A stretch of 64,000 nucleotides of DNA from Oscillibacter sp. Its GTDB lineage: Bacteria; Bacillota; Clostridia; Oscillospirales; Oscillospiraceae. Location of the stretch: the NCBI GenBank assembly GCA_020025475.1, contig JAHHSA010000005.1, positions 4,933-68,932 of the forward strand, given 5' to 3'. The position numbers were made by a program, and so were the translations under genes. This document shows positions 50,872 to 61,822 of the stretch, in pieces (the first letter of the stretch is position 1; each line of letters opens with the position of its first letter). The notes beneath the pieces were generated by a model. The model was not told the origin of the DNA. It searched no databases and saw only the letters and a program-made list of their open reading frames with translations.

Positions 50872-51324
50872 AAATTCCTCCTGTGGTTCATCTGTAAACT
50901 GTGCCGGAAGATCGTCCGGGCAAAACAGGATTACATTCAAATTTAGAACATCATATTATATCATATAAGGCCAATTCGTCAATGAAAAGGGCGGATCTTT
51001 GCAAAATACCATGTTTTCATGCTTAGAGTATGAGCGCCAAATCTGAAAACAATCTTGAAAATTCAGGCAAAGATGGATGCACACGCAACATTTCATCATC
51101 TCTTCAAAGTTTTTCAAGGTTATTTTTTGCTTTGCAGGGGATCCTGTGAATGATCTCCCGGAAAGAGAGATTGGTTTTTATCTTCTTCTCAGTCTCTGAA
51201 ACAGAAAGCGTGCCGGTTCCCGGCGCGCTTTTTGCTGCCTGCCCTCTGTTTGAAAGTGAATGGAAGCGTTCCTGCTGAGAGTCAAGAGCAAAACAAAGGA
51301 AAAAGTAAGGAAGAGAAGAGCTTA

Positions 51325-51353
51325 TTGCAAGAACGCACAAATTTAGATATAAT
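51325..51353 (+). promoter_or_regulatory. sigma-A promoter of the hydrogenase
   Basis: TTGCAA-17 nt-TATAAT. Confidence 0.75.
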
Positions 51354-51468
51354 AAATAAGCTGCTTCATAAAGCTGCAGAAAAACTGGGATTTGTGAAGT
51401 CAGAAATTATGAAATTAAGAAGAATCGGGTCGAGAATCCGGACCCGCCGAAAAATGGAGGAAAGGACC

Positions 51469-52995
51469 ATGAGAGGAGTTCACAGCGCAGTCGATGAGAT
51501 TCGACGCAACGTATTTACCGAGGTAGCCCGCCTTGCGTATGAGGGCGGAGATTTGAGCCGTGTAGACATGATCCCTTATAAGATCGTTCCCGGAGAAGTG
51601 GCACAGCACCGCCACGACGTTTTCCAGGAGCGGGCGATTGTCCAGGAGCGCGTGCGCCTGGCTTTGGGAATGTCCCTGCAGCCCGCAGGCGCGCAGACCC
51701 CCGTCAGCAAACACATTCAGGAGGCAGACACTGACCAGACATACTTTGAGGAACCCTTGGTCAATATCATTCCATTTGCCTGCAATGCATGCCCTCCCAA
51801 GCAGGTACGTATCACAGACAGCTGCCAGGGCTGCATTTCTCACCCCTGCATGAACGTGTGTCCCAAGGATGCCATCTACCTGGATAAGAACAAGCGCTGC
51901 CACATTGACCAGTCCAAGTGCATCAAGTGCGGCAAGTGTTTCAACCAGTGCCCTTACCACGCCATCTCTATGATCCAGCGGCCCTGTGCCGCTGCCTGCG
52001 GCATGGACGCCATTGAGTCCGACGAGTTCGGCCGTGCCAAGATCAACTATGACAAGTGCGTCTCCTGCGGCATGTGTCTGGTCAACTGCCCCTTTGCCGC
52101 CATTGCGGATAAGAGCCAGATCTTCCAGCTGATCTCCGCCATGAAGAAGGGCGAGAAAGTCGTGGCCTGTGTGGCCCCCGCTTTCGTGGGCCAGTTCGGC
52201 AAGGACGCCACGCCCGCAAAGCTGAAGGCTGCCATGCACATCCTGGGCTTTTCCGATGTGGTAGAGGTTGCCATCGGTGCGGACTTGTGCACCGTTCAGG
52301 AGGCCAATGACTTCCTGGAGGAGGTTCCCGAAAAGATCGACTGGATGGGCACATCATGCTGTCCTGCCTGGTCTGTTATGGCCAAGAAGCTGTTCCCCCA
52401 GTTTACAGACAACATCTCCATGGCGCTGACTCCCATGGTCATTACTGCCCGTATGGTGAAGAAGGAGCAGCCGACTGCCCGTATTTGCTTTATCGGGCCC
52501 TGCGCCGCCAAAAAGCTGGAGGCAAACCGCAAATCCGTCCGCTCGGACGTGGACTTTGTCCTGACCTTTGAGGAACTTCAGGGAATGTTCGACGCAAAGA
52601 ACATCGATTTTGCCACGATTGAGTTTGACCCCGCCGATGATATGAGTGAGGGCACCGGTCTGGGCCGCGGCTTTGCCGTGTCCGGCGGTGTGGCTGCTGC
52701 TGTGGTGGAGGCTATCCGACACATCGATCCAGACCGGGAGGTACTTACTGAGTATGCTACCGGCTTGAAGGAGTGCAAGAAGATGTTGATGATGGCCAAG
52801 GCTGGTAAGCGCGATGGCTATCTGCTGGAGGGAATGGCGTGCCCCGGCGGCTGCGTGGCCGGCGCCGGAACCATCACGCCCGTCCGGGAATCTACCAATT
52901 ATGTAGCCAAATTTAAGGCCGAGGCCAGCGAGGAAAGCTGCACCAAGAGCCCCTTCCTGGATCGACTGGATGAGGTTTCCGAGCGAGGCGTGTGA
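51469..52995 (+). CDS. Monomeric [FeFe]-hydrogenase (group B-like) with ferredoxin-type clusters
   Basis: H-cluster motifs TSCCPAW, IGPCAAKKLE, EGMACPGGCVAG; several CxxCxxCxxxCP motifs; ATG at 51469. Confidence 0.92.
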   Translation: MRGVHSAVDEIRRNVFTEVARLAYEGGDLSRVDMIPYKIVPGEVAQHRHDVFQERAIVQERVRLALGMSLQPAGAQTPVSKHIQEADTDQTYFEEPLVNIIPFACNACPPKQVRITDSCQGCISHPCMNVCPKDAIYLDKNKRCHIDQSKCIKCGKCFNQCPYHAISMIQRPCAAACGMDAIESDEFGRAKINYDKCVSCGMCLVNCPFAAIADKSQIFQLISAMKKGEKVVACVAPAFVGQFGKDATPAKLKAAMHILGFSDVVEVAIGADLCTVQEANDFLEEVPEKIDWMGTSCCPAWSVMAKKLFPQFTDNISMALTPMVITARMVKKEQPTARICFIGPCAAKKLEANRKSVRSDVDFVLTFEELQGMFDAKNIDFATIEFDPADDMSEGTGLGRGFAVSGGVAAAVVEAIRHIDPDREVLTEYATGLKECKKMLMMAKAGKRDGYLLEGMACPGGCVAGAGTITPVRESTNYVAKFKAEASEESCTKSPFLDRLDEVSERGV

Positions 52996-53318
52996 CCCCT
53001 GCTTTCAAAGTTTGAATAAAAATCTATGCAAAACCGCCCCCACAAATTTGTGGGGGTGGTTTTGTCGCATCCTGGGAAATCAAGAAATTGAATGGCTGAC
53101 AAACACCAAACAAAAACTGTCCATACATAGGAGACAAATGTTTACTTCACACGGCTTTTATTGGAAACTTCCGGAAAATTTCCGTGAAACAAAGTTTTTT
53201 CATACAAGTGTAAAGAAAATTCTATCGTTTTTTCACTTTGGCAAGTCTACAATAAAAGCATTCATGCGGGAGGGCGTTCTGCCCAACCGCCCAACACAAA
53301 ATCTAGGAGGATTTATTG

Positions 53319-54434
53319 ATGAAGAAGACTTTTGCAATGCTCCTCGCTGCCGTCATGATGCTGGGCCTGCTGGCTGGTTGCGGTACGGAGGACAAGCCCG
53401 CTCCCGACGCCAATGGCGATCAGGAAGTCCAGGAGCCCGCCGCTTCTGAGCTGAATGTTGGCGTATTCTACTACAACTTCTCCGATCCTTACATCACCAC
53501 GGTTCGTACCGCTATGGATGCCAAGCTGAAGGAAGCCGGAATTACCCCCAATAACCAGGATGCCCAGACCAACCAGGCCACTCAGCTGGACCAGATCAAC
53601 ACCGCTATCGTCAATGGCGCAGACCTTCTGATTGTCAACATCGTTGAGACTTCCTCTCCCGACGCTGCAAAGCAGGTTGTGGAAGCTGCCAAGGCTGCTG
53701 ACATCCCTGTGATTTTCTTCAACCGCGAGGTCAGCGATGAAGTTATCAACAGCTATGACAAGTGTGCCTTTGTTGGTACCGATGCCCCCGAGGCCGGCCA
53801 CATGCAGGGCGAGATGATCGGCGATTTCCTGCTGGAGAACTATGAGGCCACCGATCTGAACGGCGACGGTACCATCTCCTACGTCATGTTTAAGGGCCAG
53901 GAGGGTAACAACGAGGCCGAATATCGTACTCAGTATGCCGTTGAGGATGCCAACAAGAAGCTGACCGAGGCCGGCAAGCCCGAGCTGAAGTTCTATGATG
54001 AGAACAATTCCTCCAAGTACCTGGTGGACACCAACGGTTCCTGGTCTGCACAGGCTGCAACCGACTACATGACAACCATCCTGGCTGGCTACACTGAGGC
54101 CAACGGCAACATGGTGGAGCTGGTCATCGCCAACAACGACGGCATGGCTGAAGGCGCTATTGCTGCTTTGCAGCAGGCTGGCTACAACACCGGCGATGAG
54201 GGTGTAACCTCCATTCCCGTGTACGGTGTTGACGCTATGGACTCCGCTCTGCAGAAGATCGAGAAGGGCCAGATGACCGGTACTGTCAAGCAGGACGGCC
54301 CTGCTATGGCTGCCACCATCATGGCTCTGACCAACAACGTGGCCGAGGGTGCTGACATCATGGCCAACACCACCTCCTTCAACGTGAAGGACGGCGTGAA
54401 CAAGATCATGGTTCCTTATGCGAAGATGAGCTGA
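53319..54434 (+). CDS. mglB: Galactose/glucose-binding lipoprotein (MglB-like)
   Basis: Lipobox LAGC, IPVIFFNRE, Ca loop DLNGDG, ANNDGMA, YGVDA. Confidence 0.88.
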   Translation: MKKTFAMLLAAVMMLGLLAGCGTEDKPAPDANGDQEVQEPAASELNVGVFYYNFSDPYITTVRTAMDAKLKEAGITPNNQDAQTNQATQLDQINTAIVNGADLLIVNIVETSSPDAAKQVVEAAKAADIPVIFFNREVSDEVINSYDKCAFVGTDAPEAGHMQGEMIGDFLLENYEATDLNGDGTISYVMFKGQEGNNEAEYRTQYAVEDANKKLTEAGKPELKFYDENNSSKYLVDTNGSWSAQAATDYMTTILAGYTEANGNMVELVIANNDGMAEGAIAALQQAGYNTGDEGVTSIPVYGVDAMDSALQKIEKGQMTGTVKQDGPAMAATIMALTNNVAEGADIMANTTSFNVKDGVNKIMVPYAKMS

Positions 54435-54476
54435 TCCGTCAGTCAAGTCAAGCACTGAATGAAACGGAGCGGGGCT

Positions 54477-54500
54477 GCCCTTCCGGCAGTCCCGCTTTTT
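54477..54500 (+). terminator. Intercistronic stem-loop after mglB
   Basis: AGCGGGGCTGCC-CTTCC-GGCAGTCCCGCT-TTTT (hairpin begins ~54468). Confidence 0.6.
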
Positions 54501-54603
54501 CCGCAATGCAGAGGAAAAAAACGGAAGAGCCTTTGCCTGAGCGGCGACGCACATCTAGTGGCCGCCGAGGCGAAGACTCTACATAACAAAGGAGGAGAAA
54601 ACT

Positions 54604-56100
54604 ATGGAGCAGCCGGCACTGCTTGAGATGCGAGGCATCTGCAAGGAATTCCCGGGCGTCAAGGCCCTGGACAATGTCCAGCTGACGGTCCGTCCCGGAA
54701 CCGTCCATGCACTGATGGGCGAGAACGGCGCGGGAAAGTCCACACTGATGAAGTGTCTCTTTGGCATCTATTCCAAGGATGCAGGGACCATCACCCTGGA
54801 TGGCAGGGAGGTCAACTTCAAGAGTTCCAAGGAAGCCATGGAAAATGGCGTTGCCATGGTGCACCAGGAATTGAATCAGGCGTTGACCCGTACCGTTACA
54901 GACAACCTGTGGCTGGGTCGATACCCCACGATCTGCGGCATGGTCAATGAGTCCAAAATGCGCAAGGACACCAAGGATATCTTCGATGAACTGCAGGTCT
55001 CCGTGGACCCCCGGGCCATTATGTCCACCCTTTCCGTCTCCCAGCGGCAGATGGTGGAGATCGCAAAGGCCGTCAGCTATGACGCCAAGATTATCGTCTT
55101 TGACGAGCCCACCTCCTCTTTGACGGAGGTCGAGGTTGAGCATTTGTTCCGCATCATCAATATGCTTCGAAACAAGGGCTGCGGCATCATTTACATCAGT
55201 CATAAGATGGAGGAGATCCTCCGTATCAGTGATGATGTCACCATCATGCGAGATGGTCAGTATGTGGCTACCCGTTCTGCCAAGGACCTCACGATGGATG
55301 ATATTATCAAGCTGATGGTTGGCCGTGAGCTGACGAACCGCTTTCCCCCAAAGGAAAATGTGGTGGGTGAGACAATTCTGGAGGTGGATGGCATCTCCGG
55401 CAAGTATACCAACCTGAACAACGCCAGCCTGGAACTCCATAAGGGCGAGATTCTGGGTGTGGCCGGTTTGGACGGCGCAGGCCGTACCGAACTGCTGGAA
55501 AACATCTTTGGCTCCATGACCCGTGAGGGCGGCACCATGCGGCTCTATGGCAAGGAGATCACCAACAAAAGCCCCAAGGAAGCCATCAAGAACGGCTTTG
55601 CCCTTCTGACGGAGGAGCGTCGTGCCACCGGTATCTTCGGCATCCGCAGCATCCTGGACAACACCGTCATTTCCAACTTGAAGAGCTACCTGATGGGCGG
55701 TGTCTGTCTGAGCAAAAAGAAGATGCAGAAGGATACCCAGTGGGCCATTGAGGCCATGCACATCAAGACCCCTAGCCAGCAGACCCAGATCCGGTCTCTG
55801 TCCGGCGGTAACCAGCAGAAGGTGATTATCGGCCGCTGGCTGCTGACCAATCCGGAGGTTTTGCTTCTGGACGAGCCTACCCGCGGCATTGACGTCGGTG
55901 CCAAGTACGAGATCTACCAGCTGATCATTGACCTTGCCAAGCAGGGCAAGGGCGTCATCATGGTCTCCTCCGAAATGCCGGAGCTGCTGGGCGTGTGTGA
56001 CCGCATCATCGTCATGTCCGGCGGCCGTGTGGCCGGAGAGGTGGACGCAAAGACAACCAGCCAGGAGGAAATCCTCACTCTGGCAGCTAAATATGTGTAA
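54604..56100 (+). CDS. mglA: Sugar ABC transporter ATP-binding protein MglA
   Basis: [34 protein letters not shown]. Confidence 0.92.
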   Translation: MEQPALLEMRGICKEFPGVKALDNVQLTVRPGTVHALMGENGAGKSTLMKCLFGIYSKDAGTITLDGREVNFKSSKEAMENGVAMVHQELNQALTRTVTDNLWLGRYPTICGMVNESKMRKDTKDIFDELQVSVDPRAIMSTLSVSQRQMVEIAKAVSYDAKIIVFDEPTSSLTEVEVEHLFRIINMLRNKGCGIIYISHKMEEILRISDDVTIMRDGQYVATRSAKDLTMDDIIKLMVGRELTNRFPPKENVVGETILEVDGISGKYTNLNNASLELHKGEILGVAGLDGAGRTELLENIFGSMTREGGTMRLYGKEITNKSPKEAIKNGFALLTEERRATGIFGIRSILDNTVISNLKSYLMGGVCLSKKKMQKDTQWAIEAMHIKTPSQQTQIRSLSGGNQQKVIIGRWLLTNPEVLLLDEPTRGIDVGAKYEIYQLIIDLAKQGKGVIMVSSEMPELLGVCDRIIVMSGGRVAGEVDAKTTSQEEILTLAAKYV

Positions 56101-56120
56101 TTCGGGGAGGAATCACTGAA

Positions 56121-57194
56121 ATGAGTAAAGAAAGCAAGACTCTGGAAAAAGAGGCCCAGGCTCCCGCAAAGGTGAAGCAGCCCTGGACCGCCAAGCGCGT
56201 ACTGGATAAGATCCTGGACAACGCCCTGCTGATCCTGATGGCCATTGCGGTGGTTTTGATCGCCATTAAGAATCCCAACTTCATCAAGGCCCGCTCTATC
56301 ATCAATATCCTGTCCCAGACCTGCGCCTACCTGCCTGTGGCTCTGGGCGTCGGCGGCTGTATCGTTCTGACCGGTACCGACCTGAGCGCCGGCCGTATCG
56401 TGGGCCTGAGCGCCTGCGTCTCCGCATCTCTGCTGCAGGCTGTTGACGCGGCCAGCAAGATGTGGCCCAACATCACCCCTCCGCCCGTGCTGCTGGTTCT
56501 GCTGCTGGCCATGGTCATCGGCGCAGCCATTGGCGCATTCAATGGTTTCTTCGTGGCAAAGTTCAAGCTGCATCCCTTTATTGTCACCCTGGGCACCCAG
56601 CTGATCATCTACACGGTTCTGCTGCTGTACGTCAAGGGCGGCAACAACGGCGGTATGGCCATTTCTACCTTGGATGCCAGCTATTCCAATTTCATCACCG
56701 GCTCCTTCCTGAAGATCGCCAAGACACCCATCCCCAACTATGTGTGGATCTCTCTGATTCTGACCGCTGTCATGTGGTTCATCTGGAATAAGACCACCTT
56801 CGGCAAGAATATGTTCGCTCTGGGCGCCAATGAAGAGGCTGCCCGTGTTTCCGGCGTCAACGTCTTCGCCACCACCATCATGGTCTTCGCTCTGGCTGGC
56901 GCCATGTACTCCGTCACCGGCTTCATCGAGGGCGCTCGTGTTGGTTCCAACACCGCCAACACCGGCTTCAACTACGAGCTGGACGGCATCGCAGCCTGCG
57001 TCATCGGCGGCGTGTCCTTCGTCGGCGGCATCGGTAAGATCCGCGGCGTGATCATCGGCGTGCTGATGCTCCGTCTGATCTTCGTCGGATTGAACATGGT
57101 CGGCATCAATCAGGATCTGTTCTATCTGATCAAGGGCGGCATCATCCTGTTTGCCTGCGCACTGGATATGAGAAAGTATCTGGTCAAGAAGTAA
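56121..57194 (+). CDS. mglC: Galactoside ABC transporter permease MglC
   Basis: GTDLSAGR, HPFIVTLG, YELDGIAACVIGGVSF.GG, CALDMRKY. Confidence 0.9.
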   Translation: MSKESKTLEKEAQAPAKVKQPWTAKRVLDKILDNALLILMAIAVVLIAIKNPNFIKARSIINILSQTCAYLPVALGVGGCIVLTGTDLSAGRIVGLSACVSASLLQAVDAASKMWPNITPPPVLLVLLLAMVIGAAIGAFNGFFVAKFKLHPFIVTLGTQLIIYTVLLLYVKGGNNGGMAISTLDASYSNFITGSFLKIAKTPIPNYVWISLILTAVMWFIWNKTTFGKNMFALGANEEAARVSGVNVFATTIMVFALAGAMYSVTGFIEGARVGSNTANTGFNYELDGIAACVIGGVSFVGGIGKIRGVIIGVLMLRLIFVGLNMVGINQDLFYLIKGGIILFACALDMRKYLVKK

Positions 57195-57373
57195 GACTGC
57201 CTCTCCCCCAAGCGGCCCTCAGACCACTTGGGGGAGTTCCTTTGCCGTTTTGTGGGGGTCAACCTCTGTCAGACCGTTTTTACGGCATGTGAGCGCTCCT
57301 GGAAACACGGGCGCACTCCTTTTTTTCCTGGGAAAAGCATGATATACTCAATAGTATCAAAGGGGGAATTTCC

Positions 57374-58981
57374 ATGGAACTCTATCGTGTACTGCTGGTG
57401 GATGATGAGGAGGATATCCGTGTCGGCATCAGCCAGAAAATGGATTGGACCGGGCTGGGATTCGAGCTGGTGGGCGAGGCGGAAAACGGGAAAGATGCCT
57501 TGGATCTTGCGGAGTCCCTGCGCCCGGATGTGGTATTGACGGATATCAAAATGCCGTTTATGGATGGCTTGGAGCTGTGCCGCATCCTGACAGAGCGGCT
57601 CCCCGCTTCCAAGTTTGTGGTGTTCTCCGGCTTTGATGATTTTGAGTATGCCAAGCAGGCAATCCAGATGAATGTTTCAGAGTATATTTTAAAGCCCATC
57701 AATGCTGTGGAGTTGACCACTGTACTGCAAAAGCTGAAGGAACAGCTGGACCGTGAGCGGACAGAGCGGCAAAATGCCGCCCTGCTGCGCAGCCGGTATG
57801 AGGAGAGTCTGCCCCTTATACGGGGCCTGTTTCTTACCCGTTTGCTGGATGGACGGGTTCCCCGAAATCAGGTGGGCGAGCTGGCGGAGCGGTATGGAGT
57901 GGTCTTTACGGGAAAGGCATTTGCTGCTGCCATTGTCCACATTGGTGGAGATCGGGAGCACAGCGCCCTGCTGATTCCAACCGTACAGCAGCTTCTGGAA
58001 GAAAATCTGACGCTGCCGGAGTGCATCTGCCGCACGTTTTTGTATAATGATGCCCTGGCGCTGCTGGCGGAGTTCCAGCAGAAGGAGCAGGTCTACACGT
58101 TCATCGAGGCCCTCAACCGGGTCTGCACGCTGGCAGAGAGCTATCTGGGGTACCCTCTGACCATCGGCGTCGGTGCGCCCTGCGATGACCCTGCGGATCT
58201 TCCTCAGTCCACAGCTGGTGCCCGCAGTGCCCTGGATTACCGCAGTATGGTGGGCCGTGGACAGGCCATCTACATCAGAGACCTGGAGCCCGGCTCGGTG
58301 GTTCCCATGACCTTTGGGGAAGGTGATGAACGTGCTCTGACCGCTGCTGTGAAGATGGGCGGCGAGGAAGAGGTTCGGACAGAGGTTCGGCGTCTGGCGG
58401 ACCGGATGACCAACCGTCTGAAGGAGGCTAACATGCCGCTGTCCCAGTGTCAGCTGTTCTTTCTGAACCTGCTGACCTGTCTTCTGAAGATGGCCCGGGA
58501 CGGCGGACTGAAAACGGAAAAGGTCTTTGGAGAGGACTTTACCGGCAATATGCAGGTGACGGATTTTGCCTCTGTGGAGGAGCTGGCCCAGTGGTGTCTG
58601 GATCGGTGCCTCAACATTCAGACCGGTATCCGCCGCCAGCGGACTGCCTCTGCCGGCCGGATGGTGGAAAGGGCAAAAGACTTCATTCAGGCCCACTATG
58701 CCGAAAGCGAGCTTTCGGTGGAGATGCTCTGTGAGTATCTCCACCTCTCCCCTGCTTACTTTTCTACCATCTTCAAACGGCAGATGGGGATGAGCTTTAC
58801 CGGGTATGTGACCGTGGTGCGCATGGAGGCTGCGGCGGAACGTCTGCGGAACACGGAGGAAAAGACGTACCTGATTGCAAGAGCGTGCGGCTATGAGGAC
58901 CCCAACTATTTCAGCTATGTTTTTAAGCGTCACTTTGGAATGAGTCCTACCAAGTATCGCGCCAGCAGCCAGAATTCCTGA
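57374..58981 (+). CDS. YesN-type response regulator (REC + AraC HTH)
   Basis: VDDE, TDIKMP, YILKP, C-terminal YFS..FK...GY.DPNYFS. Confidence 0.93.
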   Translation: MELYRVLLVDDEEDIRVGISQKMDWTGLGFELVGEAENGKDALDLAESLRPDVVLTDIKMPFMDGLELCRILTERLPASKFVVFSGFDDFEYAKQAIQMNVSEYILKPINAVELTTVLQKLKEQLDRERTERQNAALLRSRYEESLPLIRGLFLTRLLDGRVPRNQVGELAERYGVVFTGKAFAAAIVHIGGDREHSALLIPTVQQLLEENLTLPECICRTFLYNDALALLAEFQQKEQVYTFIEALNRVCTLAESYLGYPLTIGVGAPCDDPADLPQSTAGARSALDYRSMVGRGQAIYIRDLEPGSVVPMTFGEGDERALTAAVKMGGEEEVRTEVRRLADRMTNRLKEANMPLSQCQLFFLNLLTCLLKMARDGGLKTEKVFGEDFTGNMQVTDFASVEELAQWCLDRCLNIQTGIRRQRTASAGRMVERAKDFIQAHYAESELSVEMLCEYLHLSPAYFSTIFKRQMGMSFTGYVTVVRMEAAAERLRNTEEKTYLIARACGYEDPNYFSYVFKRHFGMSPTKYRASSQNS

Positions 58982-59014
58982 GCCAATCGATCCATTTCCT
59001 CAAAGGAGGCGTTT

Positions 59015-60838
59015 ATGAATCATTCGTGGGAGAAGCTCCGCGGCTGGTGGCAGACCCGCTATCATCGGTCCAGTATTCAGATGATTCTGTCCCAGTCTTT
59101 CACGGCGGTGGCTGTGATCGGTATGGTATTTTTGGGTCTGGCACTGTTTTTTCGCTTCACGGCAGCTACAAATAAACAGGTGGCTGAAAACAGTCAGCGT
59201 GTGCTGGCCCAGGTGAATCTGAATTTGGACAACTACCTGCGCAGTATGATGCGGATTTCTGACACGGCGTATTATCAGGTTCTCAAGGACGCAGATCTGG
59301 ACACGGAGGACATCATGCCTCAGATGGAACTGCTGTATGAGACCAATCGAGATGCCATGGTGTCCATTGCTGTGTTTAATCAGGAGGGGGAGCTGGTGAA
59401 GGCTGCACCCTTTGAGAAGCTGAAAAACAGCGTACGGCCCCAGGATGAGGAATGGTTTCTTACGGCCATGGACCGTATTGAAAATCTGCATTTCTCCACG
59501 GCCCATGTCCAGAACCTTTTTGTGGACCCGGACTACCGCTATCACTGGGTCGTGTCTCTTAGCCGTCAGGTAGAGCTGATTCGCAGCGGCCGCACGGAAA
59601 GCGGCGTTTTGTTGGTGGATATGAGCTTTGGAGGCATTGAGCAGATCTGTAAAAATGTGGACCTGCCCCGCAAGGGCGGCTATCTCTATCTGATCGACGA
59701 CTCCGGAGAGATCATCTACCACCCCCGACAGCAGCTCATCAACTCCGGAATCATCCAGGAGAATAATCTGCAGGCGGCCTCCTATTCCGACGGGACCCAC
59801 AGCGAAAAATTCCAGCATCAGCTTCGTCAGGTGACGGTGAAAACCGCCGGTTACACTGGCTGGAAGCTGGTGGCGGTGATGCCGGTGGAGGGGGTCATGG
59901 ACAACTATGGACAGCTGCTGCTGTTCTTCCTGTTTGTGGTGCTGTTCTCTATCTTTCTGCTGGTGTTTGTCAACCTGCGCCTGTCCGAGTGGATCACCCG
60001 ACCGGTGAAAAAGCTGGACGAGGCTGTCCGGCAGCTGGAGGCTGGTGCCGAGGAGGCGGATGTGGAGGTCCGGGGGCCCCATGAGATTGAGCATTTGGCC
60101 CACTCCATCCGCTCCATGGTCTCTACGATGCGCCACTTGATGGACGACATTATCCAGCAGGAGCAGCAGAAGCGCCGCAGTGAGCTGGATGTGCTGCAAG
60201 CTCAGATCAACCCGCATTTCCTGTACAACACCCTGGATTCTGTGGTCTGGATGACAGAGAACAACCGCACGCAGGACGCAGTTTTGATGATCACCTCCCT
60301 GGCCCGGTTTTTCCGCATCTCCCTGAGCAGGGGCAGCAATATTATTCCTGTGGCAGACGAGCTGGAGCACGTCCGCCATTACCTAGTTATTCAAAAGATG
60401 AGATATAAGAACAAATTCTCTGCCAATTTTATAGTGGAAGATGGTGTGGAGAAGCTCTTTACCATCAAGCTGATCCAGCAGCCCATTCTGGAAAACGCCA
60501 TTTACCACGGCATGGCCTTTGCAGACGGAGACGGCGAAATCACCATCCACGCTTTCCGGGATGGGGATGACGTTCTGATCGATGTGACGGACAACGGACC
60601 CGGTATGCCGGAGGAAGTGGTGGAGCATTTGCTGGAACCGGGAGCCCACAAGGGCGGTACAAAGGGCGGCAGCGGCATCGGACTGCAAAATGTCCACCGC
60701 CGGATTCAGCTGACTTTCGGGGAGGACTATGGTCTGATGATCACCAGCGAGCCCGACGCCGGAACCACGGTGCGGACCCGCATTCCCGCTGTGGACGCCG
60801 AGATGGCCCGCAGGTTTCGAGAGGAGGGGGAGACATGA
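59015..60838 (+). CDS. YesM/LytS-type sensor histidine kinase (Cache + HAMP)
   Basis: LQAQINPHFLYNTL, ENAIYHG, DNGPGM, GIGLQNV. Confidence 0.93.
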   Translation: MNHSWEKLRGWWQTRYHRSSIQMILSQSFTAVAVIGMVFLGLALFFRFTAATNKQVAENSQRVLAQVNLNLDNYLRSMMRISDTAYYQVLKDADLDTEDIMPQMELLYETNRDAMVSIAVFNQEGELVKAAPFEKLKNSVRPQDEEWFLTAMDRIENLHFSTAHVQNLFVDPDYRYHWVVSLSRQVELIRSGRTESGVLLVDMSFGGIEQICKNVDLPRKGGYLYLIDDSGEIIYHPRQQLINSGIIQENNLQAASYSDGTHSEKFQHQLRQVTVKTAGYTGWKLVAVMPVEGVMDNYGQLLLFFLFVVLFSIFLLVFVNLRLSEWITRPVKKLDEAVRQLEAGAEEADVEVRGPHEIEHLAHSIRSMVSTMRHLMDDIIQQEQQKRRSELDVLQAQINPHFLYNTLDSVVWMTENNRTQDAVLMITSLARFFRISLSRGSNIIPVADELEHVRHYLVIQKMRYKNKFSANFIVEDGVEKLFTIKLIQQPILENAIYHGMAFADGDGEITIHAFRDGDDVLIDVTDNGPGMPEEVVEHLLEPGAHKGGTKGGSGIGLQNVHRRIQLTFGEDYGLMITSEPDAGTTVRTRIPAVDAEMARRFREEGET

Positions 60839-61803
60839 AGAAAAAGCTTTTTCTGCAGCTTGTCGTGCCCCTGCTGAGCTTATGTGTGCTGTTTTTCCTG
60901 TTGGCGACTGACCCGCTGGAAGGGACGCGGTCACAGGATCTGGTGCAGCTGTCTGTCATTTTTCGGGAAGAGGACCCGGTGTGGTCTACGACACGGGACG
61001 GCATGGAGCAGGCGGCTGCCGATCTGGGAGCGGAGCTTCGCTTCCTGGTTCCTGCTGTTGCCAACGATGCCCGGGAGCAGGAGACGCTTCTGGAACGGGA
61101 ATTGAATGCCGGGGCCGAGGGAATTTTGCTGATTCCCGCAGATCGTGGGATTTTGCAGGAAACGGTCAAAAAGACCGGCCGCGTGGTGGTGACTCTGGAG
61201 ACTGCCATGGAAGGAACAGAGGGATGTGTAGGCGTGGACAATGCGGCGTTGGGAGAGACTGTGGCCCGCAGTGCCTTGAACGGCGTTCGAAAAGGGGGCA
61301 CAGCGGTGCTGCTGGACAGCGCCCCCGGGGACAATGGTGTCCGTGAACGGCTTGCGGCTGCCCGTGTGCTTCTGGAACAGGAGGGGCGGCATGTGATGCA
61401 GGTGATGCCCACCATGGACAAGACCGTGATGGAACGACTGACGGAAATTGTGGAGGTGTCCAAGCCCTCTGCCATTCTGGCCTTTGAACCCTCTGTCCTG
61501 GAAGATGCCTCGGACCTGATCCGCACCATACGCAGCGACCCCACACGTGACTGGAAATCGATCCCACTGCTTTATGGAATGGGGTCCACACCGGCCATTG
61601 CGGCGGGGCTGGAACAGGGTCACATCACGGCGCTACATGCCCAGGACGATTTTTCGTCCGGCTATATTGCGGTGGTAAGGGCGGTTAAGGCTGTCCGCCA
61701 TCAGGATACGGACGAGCCGGAGCCACTTCCCTTCCTGCTGGTGCGGCGTGAAAATATGTACGATGAGGACCGGCAGAAGCTCATGTTCCCGGTGTGCCGG
61801 TGA
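60835..61803 (+). CDS. Membrane-anchored periplasmic-binding-protein type I (sugar-sensor-like)
   Basis: N-terminal TM, GMEQAA.DLG, VGVDN..LG; translationally coupled to the kinase. Confidence 0.75.
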   Translation: MKKKLFLQLVVPLLSLCVLFFLLATDPLEGTRSQDLVQLSVIFREEDPVWSTTRDGMEQAAADLGAELRFLVPAVANDAREQETLLERELNAGAEGILLIPADRGILQETVKKTGRVVVTLETAMEGTEGCVGVDNAALGETVARSALNGVRKGGTAVLLDSAPGDNGVRERLAAARVLLEQEGRHVMQVMPTMDKTVMERLTEIVEVSKPSAILAFEPSVLEDASDLIRTIRSDPTRDWKSIPLLYGMGSTPAIAAGLEQGHITALHAQDDFSSGYIAVVRAVKAVRHQDTDEPEPLPFLLVRRENMYDEDRQKLMFPVCR

Positions 61804-61822
61804 AAAAAGGAGAACAACTGAT

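Noticed and set aside
51232..51468. N-terminal extension of the hydrogenase ORF (also upstream extensions of maf, GH3, AlaX and glyS)
   Set aside because: Downstream ATGs with proper RBSs give family-typical starts; the hydrogenase extension overlaps its promoter
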